In this document: piece after piece, positions 1-9,188 of the stretch
Layout of the letters: the number at the start of each line of letters is the position of its first letter
Numbering within the stretch: position 1 is the stretch's first letter
Assembly (NCBI GenBank): GCA_045803545.1
Contig: JBJMOW010000004.1
Coordinates: forward strand, 992,001 to 1,056,000
Length of the DNA: 64,000 bases
Direction: 5' to 3'
From: Gemmatimonadaceae bacterium
GTDB lineage: Bacteria > Gemmatimonadota > Gemmatimonadetes > Gemmatimonadales > Gemmatimonadaceae
Translations under genes and position numbers: made by a program
The notes under the pieces: model-generated
Told to the model about the DNA's origin: nothing
Database searches by the model: none
The model's input: the letters and a program-made list of their open reading frames with translations, nothing else

Positions 1-422
1 AGCCACGAGCTGATCACTCTCACGATCAGCGCAGTCTTGAGAATGGTGAACGTCCAACTCACCAGCAGCTGGAAGATGCCCGCGGAACCTGCCTCTGCGG
101 CGTAAACCGACTTGACTACCTGGAGTCGAATAATGTCGACGACAGTCAGCAGCAAAATTCCACCGATCACGACAGCCGCCAATGCCCATAACGGTGCAGA
201 TGCAGGGGCACCCCCCGCCCGCACTACTCGGCGCTCGATCGGCGCGATGAATGGATCGACAGTCGAGCGACAAAAGCGCGCGACTGAGTTGAACGGACTG
301 ATTTTTCTGGTGCGCACTGCCCAGTCCAGCAGGCAGATGGCGCCGAATACGGCCGCGAGGGACAACAGCACGGTACGCAGTATTTGAAGCACTGCATCCG
401 CGCCGTTCAGGAATGTCTCCAT
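1..422 (-). CDS. YggT family membrane protein, 3'-truncated by the window edge
   Basis: Manual translation from ATG at 422: METFLNGADAVLQILRTVLL...DWAVRTRKISPFNSVARFCRSTVDPFIAPIERRVV...ALIVRVISSW. It carries YggT-type 'P...F....DP..API.R' and 'IVRVISSW' motifs. Absent from the ORF track because it runs off the edge. Confidence 0.8.
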   Translation of the reverse strand, partial: METFLNGADAVLQILRTVLLSLAAVFGAICLLDWAVRTRKISPFNSVARFCRSTVDPFIAPIERRVVRAGGAPASAPLWALAAVVIGGILLLTVVDIIRLQVVKSVYAAEAGSAGIFQLLVSWTFTILKTALIVRVISSW

Positions 423-439
423 CTAGTGGAGAAGCTCCA

Positions 440-2737
440 TTACTGGAGAGTTGGCTTCATGTGCAGCTCTTTCACCAGGAATGCAAATCTATCAGCCGCT
501 TCGTCGATCAGCTTGGTCGTCGGCCGTCCTGCGCCGTGGCCTGACTTGGACTCGATGCGCACCAGAATCGGGTTGTTGCAGCTCTGCGCCGCCTGCAACG
601 TCGCGACGTACTTGAAGGTGTGACCCGGTACCACGCGATCGTCGTGATCGGCGGTGAACGCCAACGTCGGCGGATAGCAGGTGCCGGGCTTGATGTTGTG
701 CAACGGCGAATAGGCGCGAAGATAGTTAAACGCGGTCGAATCGTCCGACGAACCGTAGTCAGATGTCCACGCCCAGCCGATTGTGAACTTCTGGAATCGC
801 AGCATGTCCATCACGCCGACCTCGGGGAATGCCGCACCGAACAGGTCGGGCCGCTGATTCAGCACCGCGCCAATCAGCAAGCCCCCGTTAGACCCGCCGC
901 GAATCGCCAGCTTGGGCGTGGAAGTGTACTTCTGGCTGATCAGATACACTGCGGCGCCGATGAAATCGTCGAACACGTTCTGCTTCTTCGCCAGCATTCC
1001 GCCCTCGTGCCACTCTTTGCCGTACTCGCCTCCGCCACGGAGGTTCGGCACCGCATAGATGCCTCCCATCTCCAGCCATTCGACGTTCGCCGGTGAGAAC
1101 GCGGGAGTGATCGAGATGTTGAACCCGCCGTAGGCATAGAGCAGCGTGGGATTGCTGCCATCGAGCGCGAGACCTTTCCTGGCTGTGATGAACATCGGCA
1201 CCCGTGTGCCGTCCTTGCTGTTATAGAAGACCTGCCGCGTCTCGTACGCGCTCGGATCAAAATCGACTTTGGGCGCGCGGAAGACCTGGTTTTGACGAGA
1301 CTTCAGATCGAAGCGATAGATCGTCGTTGGATAGAGGAACGACGTGAAGCTGTAGAACATCTCGTCGTCGCCCTGGCGGCCCTGAATCACATCAACGCTT
1401 CCGATGTCGGGGAGCTGTAGCTCGCCGCGCAAAGCAAATCCACCAATTGCCTGCGGACGCTCGCGCGTCACAATCGGCGCAGTGCTCGTGTCGTCGTAGA
1501 CACTGCCTGGATTACGTGGCCGCTGATCCTGCGGGTTGCGGGGGCGCTCGTCCCGCCTGGTGTCGCGGCCACCGCTGTAAAAGCGTACCGTCGAGTGCGC
1601 GTCCTGCAAATACTTCGCAGCGATGTCGTCGCCGACCGTCGTCGCGCTAACCAGCGCGTCCTTGCTCTCGGGAATGAGCGTCGTCCACCGCTCCTCCCGC
1701 GGATTCTCAATGCTGATCCCAATCACGCGACCCTTCGGCGCATTCTTGTCAGTGCGTACGTAGAAGATGGTGCCCCTGTTTCCAACGAAATCGTATTCGG
1801 CGTCCAGCTTGTCGATCAACCGCACGACCGGGTTGTCGATTTTCGGCTTGCCCGGGTTGTCGAGATCGATGAAGTAGAGGCGCGTTCTGACGTCCGTGCC
1901 CTGCGAAACGTTGATGATCAGGAACTGGCCGTCGTCGGAAACGGTGCCGTTGAACAGCCAATCCGGCTGGTCGGGACGATCGTACACGAGCTCGTCGCGC
2001 GACTGAGGCTGACCAACGCGATGGTAGTAGAGCTTATGGTCCTTGTTGGCGTTGGTCATCTTGTTGCCCGACGTCGGCTCGTCGTATCGCGAATAGAAAA
2101 AGCCGCGATTGTCGTGGGTCCAGGCGATGTTGGAGAATTTCACCCACTTCACAGTGTCGGACAGATCGCGACCGGTGGTAACGTCGCGCACGTGAATCTC
2201 CTGCCAGTCTGACCCACTGGTTGACAAGGCGTATGCGAGATAGTGCGCATCATCCGAAGCCGCCGTCCCGCCGAGCGCGACCGTACCGTCCGGGGAGAGC
2301 ACGTTCGGATCGAGCAGAACTCTCGGCCTCGCATCGCGGCCGTCCTGCACGAACAGCACGCTCTGATTCTGCAAGCCGGTGTTCTGGAAGTAGAAGTAGT
2401 GATCGCTTTCCTTGAACGGCGTCGAGTAACGCTCGTAATTCCACAGCTTCGTCAGTCGATTTTTGATCGCTGTCCGCTCTGGAATCGATGCCAGGAAGGA
2501 GTCGGTCAGCCGGTTTTCCGCCGCCACCCACGCCGCAGTCGCCGGTGCGTCTACATCTTCCAGTGATCGATACGGATCGGCGATACTGACACCGTGATAA
2601 ACATCGACTTGGGCACCCTTCGGCGCGGCTGGATAAGCGAGCGCCGGATTGGGAGCCGTTTGCGCTGTCGCGCCGGCAGCGATAACAAATAAAGAAACGA
2701 CGGGTGCAAGGCGCGCCCGGAAGCGGTGGCGATCCAT
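440..2737 (-). CDS. Prolyl oligopeptidase (S9A), secreted
   Basis: GGSNGG nucleophile motif, DHDDRV and GHGAG triad motifs, beta-propeller region, N-terminal signal peptide. Start set at MDRHRF (2737) rather than 2797. Confidence 0.93.
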   Translation of the reverse strand: MDRHRFRARLAPVVSLFVIAAGATAQTAPNPALAYPAAPKGAQVDVYHGVSIADPYRSLEDVDAPATAAWVAAENRLTDSFLASIPERTAIKNRLTKLWNYERYSTPFKESDHYFYFQNTGLQNQSVLFVQDGRDARPRVLLDPNVLSPDGTVALGGTAASDDAHYLAYALSTSGSDWQEIHVRDVTTGRDLSDTVKWVKFSNIAWTHDNRGFFYSRYDEPTSGNKMTNANKDHKLYYHRVGQPQSRDELVYDRPDQPDWLFNGTVSDDGQFLIINVSQGTDVRTRLYFIDLDNPGKPKIDNPVVRLIDKLDAEYDFVGNRGTIFYVRTDKNAPKGRVIGISIENPREERWTTLIPESKDALVSATTVGDDIAAKYLQDAHSTVRFYSGGRDTRRDERPRNPQDQRPRNPGSVYDDTSTAPIVTRERPQAIGGFALRGELQLPDIGSVDVIQGRQGDDEMFYSFTSFLYPTTIYRFDLKSRQNQVFRAPKVDFDPSAYETRQVFYNSKDGTRVPMFITARKGLALDGSNPTLLYAYGGFNISITPAFSPANVEWLEMGGIYAVPNLRGGGEYGKEWHEGGMLAKKQNVFDDFIGAAVYLISQKYTSTPKLAIRGGSNGGLLIGAVLNQRPDLFGAAFPEVGVMDMLRFQKFTIGWAWTSDYGSSDDSTAFNYLRAYSPLHNIKPGTCYPPTLAFTADHDDRVVPGHTFKYVATLQAAQSCNNPILVRIESKSGHGAGRPTTKLIDEAADRFAFLVKELHMKPTLQ

Positions 2738-2838
2738 AGATGCTAACCTGCTGGAGTTGGTGGTTATGATGTATCTCAATCTACGGTCTATCGACACTTA
2801 GGTTCCACTGTCGCCTACCAATGGAGGTGTTGCACTGA

Positions 2839-3345
2839 ATGGCAAAGGTTACTCAAGGCGCCCACAAAGACCGGCAATACTGGCTCCTCAAATCCGACGC
2901 GGACGCGTTTTCATGGGACGACTTCTGGAACGCGCCCAATCGAACCACGCACTGGGATGGCGTGCGGAATTTCCAGGCGCGGAACTACATGCGCGACGAG
3001 ATGAAGAAGGGCGATCTCGCTTTCTTCTATCACTCCGGTGGTGACAGTCCCGGCATCATCGGCATCGCCGAGATCGTGCGCGAGGGCTACCCGGACAGCA
3101 CCGCCATAGACCCCAAGGATCCCCATTACGACCCCAGGAGCAAAAGCGGGGAATCGCAGTGGTCGATGGTAGACATCCGGGCGGTCGAGAAGCTGCAGCG
3201 TGCCGTCACCCTGGCTGAGATGCGGATGCGTCCAGAGCTCCAGCACATGCCGCTGCTCCAGAAGGGCAATCGGCTGTCCGTCCAGAAGGTTGGCCCGGCC
3301 GAGTGGAACGCCGTCATTGCCTTGGCGAAGGAGACACCGGGTTAG
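2839..3345 (+). CDS. EVE domain protein
   Basis: YWLLKS...WDGVRNFQARNYMR...GDLAFFYHS...RLSVQ signature; GGAGG upstream. Confidence 0.92.
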   Translation: MAKVTQGAHKDRQYWLLKSDADAFSWDDFWNAPNRTTHWDGVRNFQARNYMRDEMKKGDLAFFYHSGGDSPGIIGIAEIVREGYPDSTAIDPKDPHYDPRSKSGESQWSMVDIRAVEKLQRAVTLAEMRMRPELQHMPLLQKGNRLSVQKVGPAEWNAVIALAKETPG

Positions 3346-3493
3346 CCAGGGCCGATGGTTCGATACGGTACGCAGCCGCGACCGCTCGCTGGCGGCTGCT
3401 ACTATAGTGTTGTTACCTGCGGGGGTTTTTGTTCTTCCCTCTGCTATGACCCTCTCAGCATCGCAGCTCCTGCCCCCCTTCGTCGGCTAACCC

Positions 3494-5572
3494 ATGGCCG
3501 GACCCGTCAAAGTCCTGGTGGCGGGATTGCCCGCGGAAATGGTTCGCGAGATCGGGCTAAGGCTCCGGGACATCACGATCAGCGAGTTCGACAACGCTCA
3601 GCAGATGGGGCGCGCCGCCGCGCACGGTGAAGCGCGGCTGGTAATTCTCAGCGACGCTCTTCCCACCGAAGACGCGATCTACGTCGCTCGCCGAGCCGAT
3701 GATGCGAGCGATGACATGCGCGTCGCTTTTCTCGTCGCCATGCAGCAGGCAGAAAACGCTCTTAGTGCGCTCAAGGACGCGCCCATCGATCGGTTCTTCC
3801 TCGTGCCTGTCGATACCGAGGAAATGCTCCGTGAGCTGGCGAAGATGGCGGGGGTCGAGGTGCTTCCGGCGGAGGCGTCGCACGCTGAGCACATCGCATC
3901 GGCGGTGTTCGCCGCCTGGGATCGCGTTAAGCCCGCGACCTTCCAGAAAATCGACAAACTCGACGACGCTGCGATTGCGCTGCTCGACAACAAGCTCGCT
4001 GATGAAGAAAAGTCATCAGCGACCCAGGAAGCGCTGGCCGTCGCCGAGGTCGCGACCCGATTTGGCTTCCCGAAAGCCGTCGGCGTCGCTCGCGAGCTGT
4101 CTGAGCGTTTTAGCAGTGGCTCGCTGTCGGCCGTCGATGGACTAGCAGTATCAGAGCAGCTGCTCGCGCTCCGTCAGCATCTCGCCGGTCAACCCACTCC
4201 GCCCGCGCCGAGTTCTGGCGATGGTGCTCGACTGACTCCGCCGCACATCGCCGCCGCCCTCGAAGAAGCGCAGCTGGAGGGCAAACGCATTCTCGTCGTC
4301 GACGACGAGCAGCTCGTCACTCGTGGACTTTCCTCTTTGCTCAGCCGACGCGGGCTCGTCGTGACTGCGCTCAACGACCCGCTGAAGTTCTGGACGGTAA
4401 TCGAGGAAGCGAAACCAAATCTGGTGCTGCTCGATCTCGAGATGCCGAAGATGAGCGGTGTCGAGCTCTGTCGTGTGATTCGGAACGATCGACGTTGGAG
4501 CGAGCTGCCGGTGATCTTCCTCAGCGGTCATACCGACCAGGTGAGTGTGCACCGGGTGTTCAGCGCCGGTGCCGACGATTACGTCGGCAAGCCGTTCGTG
4601 CCCGCCGAGCTGATGATGCGCATCGAGAGTCGGCTCACCGGGGTCAAAGCTCGCAAGGCTCCCGTGGAGACTGACCCGCTAACCGGACTCGCCGTGTCGA
4701 ACAAAGCGACCGAGCTGATGGATCGCTTCCTTCGGCTGGCGCGCCGCAAGTCGGATCCGTATTCGATCGCGGTGCTACAGATCGATGCGTTCGCCAACCT
4801 GTCGCAGAATTTTGGTCGCGCACTGACCGACAGCGTCCTGCGCGGAATCGGCGGATTGCTGCCGAAGACTTTCCGCGCTGAAGACGTGCCCGGTTGGTGG
4901 GGCGGTCCCGACTTCGTGGTCGGCATGTACGGGAGCCCCAAAGACGCCGCTGCAGTCAAGCTCACCCAAGTCTGCGCCAAGGTCGCCGAGCTGAATTTTC
5001 TTACTGAAGATGGGCGACGCGTCCACGTCTCGTGCAGCGGCGGCGTCGCGCAGTACCAGGTGGACGGCGACAATGTCACGGACCTGCGCGGCGAAGCGAT
5101 CAAGGCAATGGAGATGGCGAGAGAAATCGGCGGCACGCCGGTCGGCATTTCCGGCGTCCAGCAAATGGGCCCGATGACACGTCGCGTCGATGTCGCAATC
5201 ATCGACGACGATCCGGTGCTCGTCGCATTGCTTCAGCACGCGATGGAGAGTCGGAGCATGCGAGTGGCTGCCTATGGCGACGGTGAGACTGCGGTGGCTG
5301 CGCTTTCGGGCAAGTCTCCGGAGGTGCAGGCATCGATGATTCTGCTCGACGTCGATCTACCCGCACTCAACGGGATAGAAGTACTGCGACGCCTCAAGGC
5401 CGGCCCAATCAGCAAGCTGAGCAACGTCATCATGCTCACCGCTCGCACCGGTGAGCGCGATGTCTTGACCGCTCTCGAGATGGGAGCGACCGATCACATC
5501 ACGAAGCCGTTCAGCGTTCCGGTGCTGATGCACAAGCTTCGCGCGGCTCTAAAGCAGACTCAGACATGGTAA
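3494..5572 (+). CDS. Multi-domain response regulator: atypical REC, Hpt-like, REC, degenerate GGDEF, REC
   Basis: RILVVDDE...LLDLEMP...KPF and IIDDD...LLDVDLP...KPF receiver domains; DPLTGL...RAED...GGPDF GGDEF-like domain. Confidence 0.85.
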   Translation: MAGPVKVLVAGLPAEMVREIGLRLRDITISEFDNAQQMGRAAAHGEARLVILSDALPTEDAIYVARRADDASDDMRVAFLVAMQQAENALSALKDAPIDRFFLVPVDTEEMLRELAKMAGVEVLPAEASHAEHIASAVFAAWDRVKPATFQKIDKLDDAAIALLDNKLADEEKSSATQEALAVAEVATRFGFPKAVGVARELSERFSSGSLSAVDGLAVSEQLLALRQHLAGQPTPPAPSSGDGARLTPPHIAAALEEAQLEGKRILVVDDEQLVTRGLSSLLSRRGLVVTALNDPLKFWTVIEEAKPNLVLLDLEMPKMSGVELCRVIRNDRRWSELPVIFLSGHTDQVSVHRVFSAGADDYVGKPFVPAELMMRIESRLTGVKARKAPVETDPLTGLAVSNKATELMDRFLRLARRKSDPYSIAVLQIDAFANLSQNFGRALTDSVLRGIGGLLPKTFRAEDVPGWWGGPDFVVGMYGSPKDAAAVKLTQVCAKVAELNFLTEDGRRVHVSCSGGVAQYQVDGDNVTDLRGEAIKAMEMAREIGGTPVGISGVQQMGPMTRRVDVAIIDDDPVLVALLQHAMESRSMRVAAYGDGETAVAALSGKSPEVQASMILLDVDLPALNGIEVLRRLKAGPISKLSNVIMLTARTGERDVLTALEMGATDHITKPFSVPVLMHKLRAALKQTQTW

Positions 5573-6609
5573 ACGAGCATCTGCTCAACGTGATCATGCT
5601 GATCGAAGTCGGCCTGCTTGCGCTGGCCGTCGGTCTTTTCTTTTTGCACGGACTTTGGCTGCATTTCACCGCGCGCCGCGTAAAGCGGCTCTCCAAGGCG
5701 GGTCATGAGGCGCTCGCTCGACTGGTGAACCGCGGCCACGTCAGCCTGGAAGACGTGGAAGTGCTGAAGGCGATGCCTCCCGATGTTCAGACGATCACTT
5801 TCCTCGAGATCTCGCGCAGCGTCAGCGGAACTGGAAAGGAGCGTCTGAGCTTCGTTGCGCAGCAGGTCGGCGTCGTCGATCGGGCGCGCCTGCTTTGCCA
5901 TCACCGTTGGTGGACTCGACGGCTACGCGGCGCGCGTATCCTCTCGCGTCTGGGCGTGCCAGATCCACTGGTGCAGACACTGCTTGCCGATCCGCATCCC
6001 GCGGTCCGCGCGCAAGCGGCGGAGTGGGCAGCCACTCAGCCGTCGGTCGAAACGATTTCGTCGATGCTCGAGCTGCTCGCCGATCCCGCAACGCAGGCGA
6101 GATTTGCCGTGCAGAACGCATTGCTCCGCATGGGCAACGTCATTGCCGAACCCTTGGCGGCTTTTCTCGAGACCCACTCGGGTCGCTCTGCCGAGGCCGG
6201 ACTTCGTGTGGCTGAATCCGTCGCGGTGCCCGCCTTTCTTGGTGCCGCACTGCGACATTCGCGCGCTCAAGAACCGGGCGTGCGGGAAGCGGCGGCAAAA
6301 CTGCTCGGCGGCATCGCGGGTGCCGAAGCTGGGGCTCGTCTGATGGAGATGCTTGGCGACGGCGAATCGAATGTCAGAGCTGCAGCCGCGAGCGGGCTGG
6401 GAAGAATGCGTTACTGGCAGGCGGGGACGCTTCTCGCCGAAGGGCTGCGAGATCAGCGCTGGCGCGTGAGGCGTGAAGCAGGACTTGCCCTGCGTGGACT
6501 CGGCGCTGCCGGCACGCTGTTCCTGCGCCGCGCGCTGAAAGGCGACGATCGCTTCGCCGCAGATATGGCGGAGCAGGTGCTGGAGTTACCGGAGGCAGCC
6601 GCGGGATGA
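5566..6609 (+). CDS. Membrane-anchored HEAT repeat protein
   Basis: N-terminal TM helix; repeated 'L.D....VR..AA..L' motifs; overlaps both neighbours. Confidence 0.85.
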   Translation: MVNEHLLNVIMLIEVGLLALAVGLFFLHGLWLHFTARRVKRLSKAGHEALARLVNRGHVSLEDVEVLKAMPPDVQTITFLEISRSVSGTGKERLSFVAQQVGVVDRARLLCHHRWWTRRLRGARILSRLGVPDPLVQTLLADPHPAVRAQAAEWAATQPSVETISSMLELLADPATQARFAVQNALLRMGNVIAEPLAAFLETHSGRSAEAGLRVAESVAVPAFLGAALRHSRAQEPGVREAAAKLLGGIAGAEAGARLMEMLGDGESNVRAAAASGLGRMRYWQAGTLLAEGLRDQRWRVRREAGLALRGLGAAGTLFLRRALKGDDRFAADMAEQVLELPEAAAG

Positions 6610-8060
6610 GCCAGCACATCGCGTCATTCGTAAATGTCTTCCTTCTCAAAGGCCAATTCGGCGTTTTACTGTATTTCCTCGGCGTCAATGGCTGGTACCT
6701 GATTCTGCTGGTAAGCTCGCTGCTGGAGCTTCGTCGTCACATGCTGCTGATCGCAGACGAGAGCCGGCATTTGCTACTCAGCTCGACACTTTCGCCGACG
6801 ATCTCGATTCTGGCGCCCGCTTACAACGAAGAAGCGACGATCGAGATAAGCCTGCGTGCGCTGTTAGCACTGCACTATCCGAGTCTGGAGGTCATCGTCA
6901 TCAGCGACGGGTCGAAAGACAAAACCGTGCAAGTGCTGATCGAGAAATTCGATCTGGTGCCGGTAAAGACGATTTACGAGCGGAAGATCGAGACGAAGCC
7001 CGTCCGCACACTTTACAGATCTTCGACTTATCCGGGTCTGGTGGTGGTCGACAAGGAGAATGGCGGCAAGGCCGACGCGCTCAACGTCGGCCTCAGCTTC
7101 GCGCGTGGCGAGCTGGTGTGCGCGATGGATGCTGACACGTTGATCGAGCAGGACGGTTTGCAGCGAATGGTACGTCCATTCCTGTACGCGACTGATGTTG
7201 TTGCGACGGGTGGAACGATCCGCGTCGTCAACGGCTCCCAGGTGAAACACGGTCGCGTCGAGAAAACGGCGGTGCCGACCAACCTTCTTGCCGGCGTTCA
7301 AGTGGTGGAATATCTGCGCGCATTTCTGTTCGGCCGACTCGGCTGGAACAGGTTGGGCGGCAACATCATCATCTCGGGCGCGTTTGGTTTGTTTCAGCGC
7401 GAGGCAGTTCTCAACGCCGGCGGCTATCTGCATGACACGGTCGGTGAGGACATGGAGCTCGTCGTTCGACTGAAGCGCCTGTCATATGAGAATGGTGGTC
7501 CCGGAAAAATCGCGTTCGTTCCTGATCCGGTGGCGTGGACCGAAGTGCCAGAGACTGCAAAGGTCCTGGGTCGTCAGCGCGATCGCTGGCACCGCGGATT
7601 GGCGGACGTGTTGTGGCGGCATCGCCGGATGCTTCTTAATCCGCGCTATGGTGTCACGGGGTTGGTTGTCTATCCGTACTACGCCTTCGTTGAGCTGCTG
7701 GCACCCGTGATTGAAGCGATCGGGCTTCTGGGATTAGCACTCGGTCTGATTTTTGGCGTAGTCGACTGGACCTTCGCCGGTCTGTTCTATCTCACTGCGT
7801 ACGGACTGGGAACCGCGCTGACCGCATTCACTCTGATTCTCGAGGACCTGAGCTTCCATCGCTACAACTCATTCCGCGACCGCGCATTGTTGTTCTGGTG
7901 GGCTTTGCTCGAGAACATGGGCTATCGCCAGCTCACGGTATGGTGGCGACTGCGCGGACTTTGGAAGTTCGTTCTCGGCAGAAAGGACTGGGGTGCAATG
8001 GAGCGCAAAGGATTTCAGACAGCACCCGCAGCGGTGAAGTCACCGGGCGCAGCCGCTTGA
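6606..8060 (+). CDS. Processive family-2 glycosyltransferase (PgaC/IcaA-like)
   Basis: PAYNEE, DGSKD, GGKADALN, DADT, GEDMEL and QRDRW motifs; N- and C-terminal TM helices. Confidence 0.9.
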   Translation: MSQHIASFVNVFLLKGQFGVLLYFLGVNGWYLILLVSSLLELRRHMLLIADESRHLLLSSTLSPTISILAPAYNEEATIEISLRALLALHYPSLEVIVISDGSKDKTVQVLIEKFDLVPVKTIYERKIETKPVRTLYRSSTYPGLVVVDKENGGKADALNVGLSFARGELVCAMDADTLIEQDGLQRMVRPFLYATDVVATGGTIRVVNGSQVKHGRVEKTAVPTNLLAGVQVVEYLRAFLFGRLGWNRLGGNIIISGAFGLFQREAVLNAGGYLHDTVGEDMELVVRLKRLSYENGGPGKIAFVPDPVAWTEVPETAKVLGRQRDRWHRGLADVLWRHRRMLLNPRYGVTGLVVYPYYAFVELLAPVIEAIGLLGLALGLIFGVVDWTFAGLFYLTAYGLGTALTAFTLILEDLSFHRYNSFRDRALLFWWALLENMGYRQLTVWWRLRGLWKFVLGRKDWGAMERKGFQTAPAAVKSPGAAA

Positions 8061-8112
8061 AACAGACCTGAAATGCTGCCATCTCTGGTCGGGGCTTACG
8101 ACCGGAGCGACA

Positions 8113-8622
8113 ATGAACCGCGCGATTGTGTTAACGCTGGCACTGGTAGCGACGACATCGGCTGCATGCGCCCGCAACACGCCGGGAATCGAGCTCAGAT
8201 CGAGTGATTTCGATTTAGACCCGCTCGTCGGTCAGTGGCGCGGCGACTTCATCAGCACTCAGCCGGGTCGCACGGGCACCATCGCGTTCACTTTGCGCGC
8301 GGGTGAATCGGCCGCATCCGGCAATGTCGTGCTGATTCAAAAACCGGATTCTCTGCTCACGCCGGAAGAGCGGGAGATGATGGCGAATGTTCCGGATCGC
8401 AGCGTACTCAAGATCCATTTCCTGCGCAAAGAAGGCGGCAGCGTGAACGGCGCCCTCGACCCGTATCACGAGGCCGAGTGCGACTGCACCGTTACGACGA
8501 CGTTTCAGGGCACCTTCACCGATCCGACGACGATCGCAGGCGACTACACCACCGTCCGTGCAAAGCCGGGCACCGACATCATTCGCGGCAGGTGGAAGGT
8601 CACGCGGGTCAAGAAGCTCTAG
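8113..8622 (+). CDS. Hypothetical lipoprotein
   Basis: Signal peptide with lipobox-like SAAC; GGAG RBS; beta-rich body with CDC. Confidence 0.7.
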   Translation: MNRAIVLTLALVATTSAACARNTPGIELRSSDFDLDPLVGQWRGDFISTQPGRTGTIAFTLRAGESAASGNVVLIQKPDSLLTPEEREMMANVPDRSVLKIHFLRKEGGSVNGALDPYHEAECDCTVTTTFQGTFTDPTTIAGDYTTVRAKPGTDIIRGRWKVTRVKKL

Positions 8623-8635
8623 CTGCGTCCCGCGG

Positions 8636-9052
8636 TCATTCGCTGTCGTGTGAGGCGAGCTCGAGGTGGAAGCGATGGAGGAAACGGTGGAGCACGGGGG
8701 CGAATAGCACACCGACCATCGTTATGAAAGTGACGCCGCTAAACAGCGCGTAAACGCCGGCGAACAGGTGCAAGCGACCGATCTGCGCAGCGTTCAAACC
8801 GGTAGGATCGGCCGGCGGTCCTTCCCCCGCCAGTATCATCGACGCGTAATAGAAGGATTCGCTCCAATTCACGCGGCCGAAGTTGTGATAGCCAACCATT
8901 CCCAGGAGCAGTCCGCCGCCAATAACGGAGGCCGCGATGCCGAAGCTGCGCGCGAGCTTGCGGTAAAGGACCCCGCGGCCTGGCATCGGCGCCATCGCCA
9001 GCAGAGCGTCGGCATCCGAGACCAGCGGCTGATGTCTTCGTGTTGAACCCAT
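8636..9052 (-). CDS. Small two-TM membrane protein, K+-channel pore-like layout
   Basis: TM1 (..GMVGYH), WSESFYYASMILAGEGP, TM2 (FAGVYALFSG..APVLHRFLHRFHLE). Start uncertain (9052 or 8995). Confidence 0.65.
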   Translation of the reverse strand: MGSTRRHQPLVSDADALLAMAPMPGRGVLYRKLARSFGIAASVIGGGLLLGMVGYHNFGRVNWSESFYYASMILAGEGPPADPTGLNAAQIGRLHLFAGVYALFSGVTFITMVGVLFAPVLHRFLHRFHLELASHDSE

Positions 9053-9188
9053 CACGCTCCTGGTGTGGTTGCTTCGTATTTGTTGCTCTACGGGCAGCAG
9101 CGCAAGTGATGCAAGCCAGGCGAGCATGCCGCTCGGTCACAAAAACGGCCGCATTTCGCTAAATTGAGTAATCACTGGAGAACAGGAA

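Noticed and set aside
112..387. Plus-strand 91-aa ORF
   Set aside because: Antisense to the YggT-like gene read on the minus strand.
2839..3345. EVE protein as part of a modification-dependent restriction system
   Set aside because: Stand-alone EVE domain with no adjacent nuclease or toxin.
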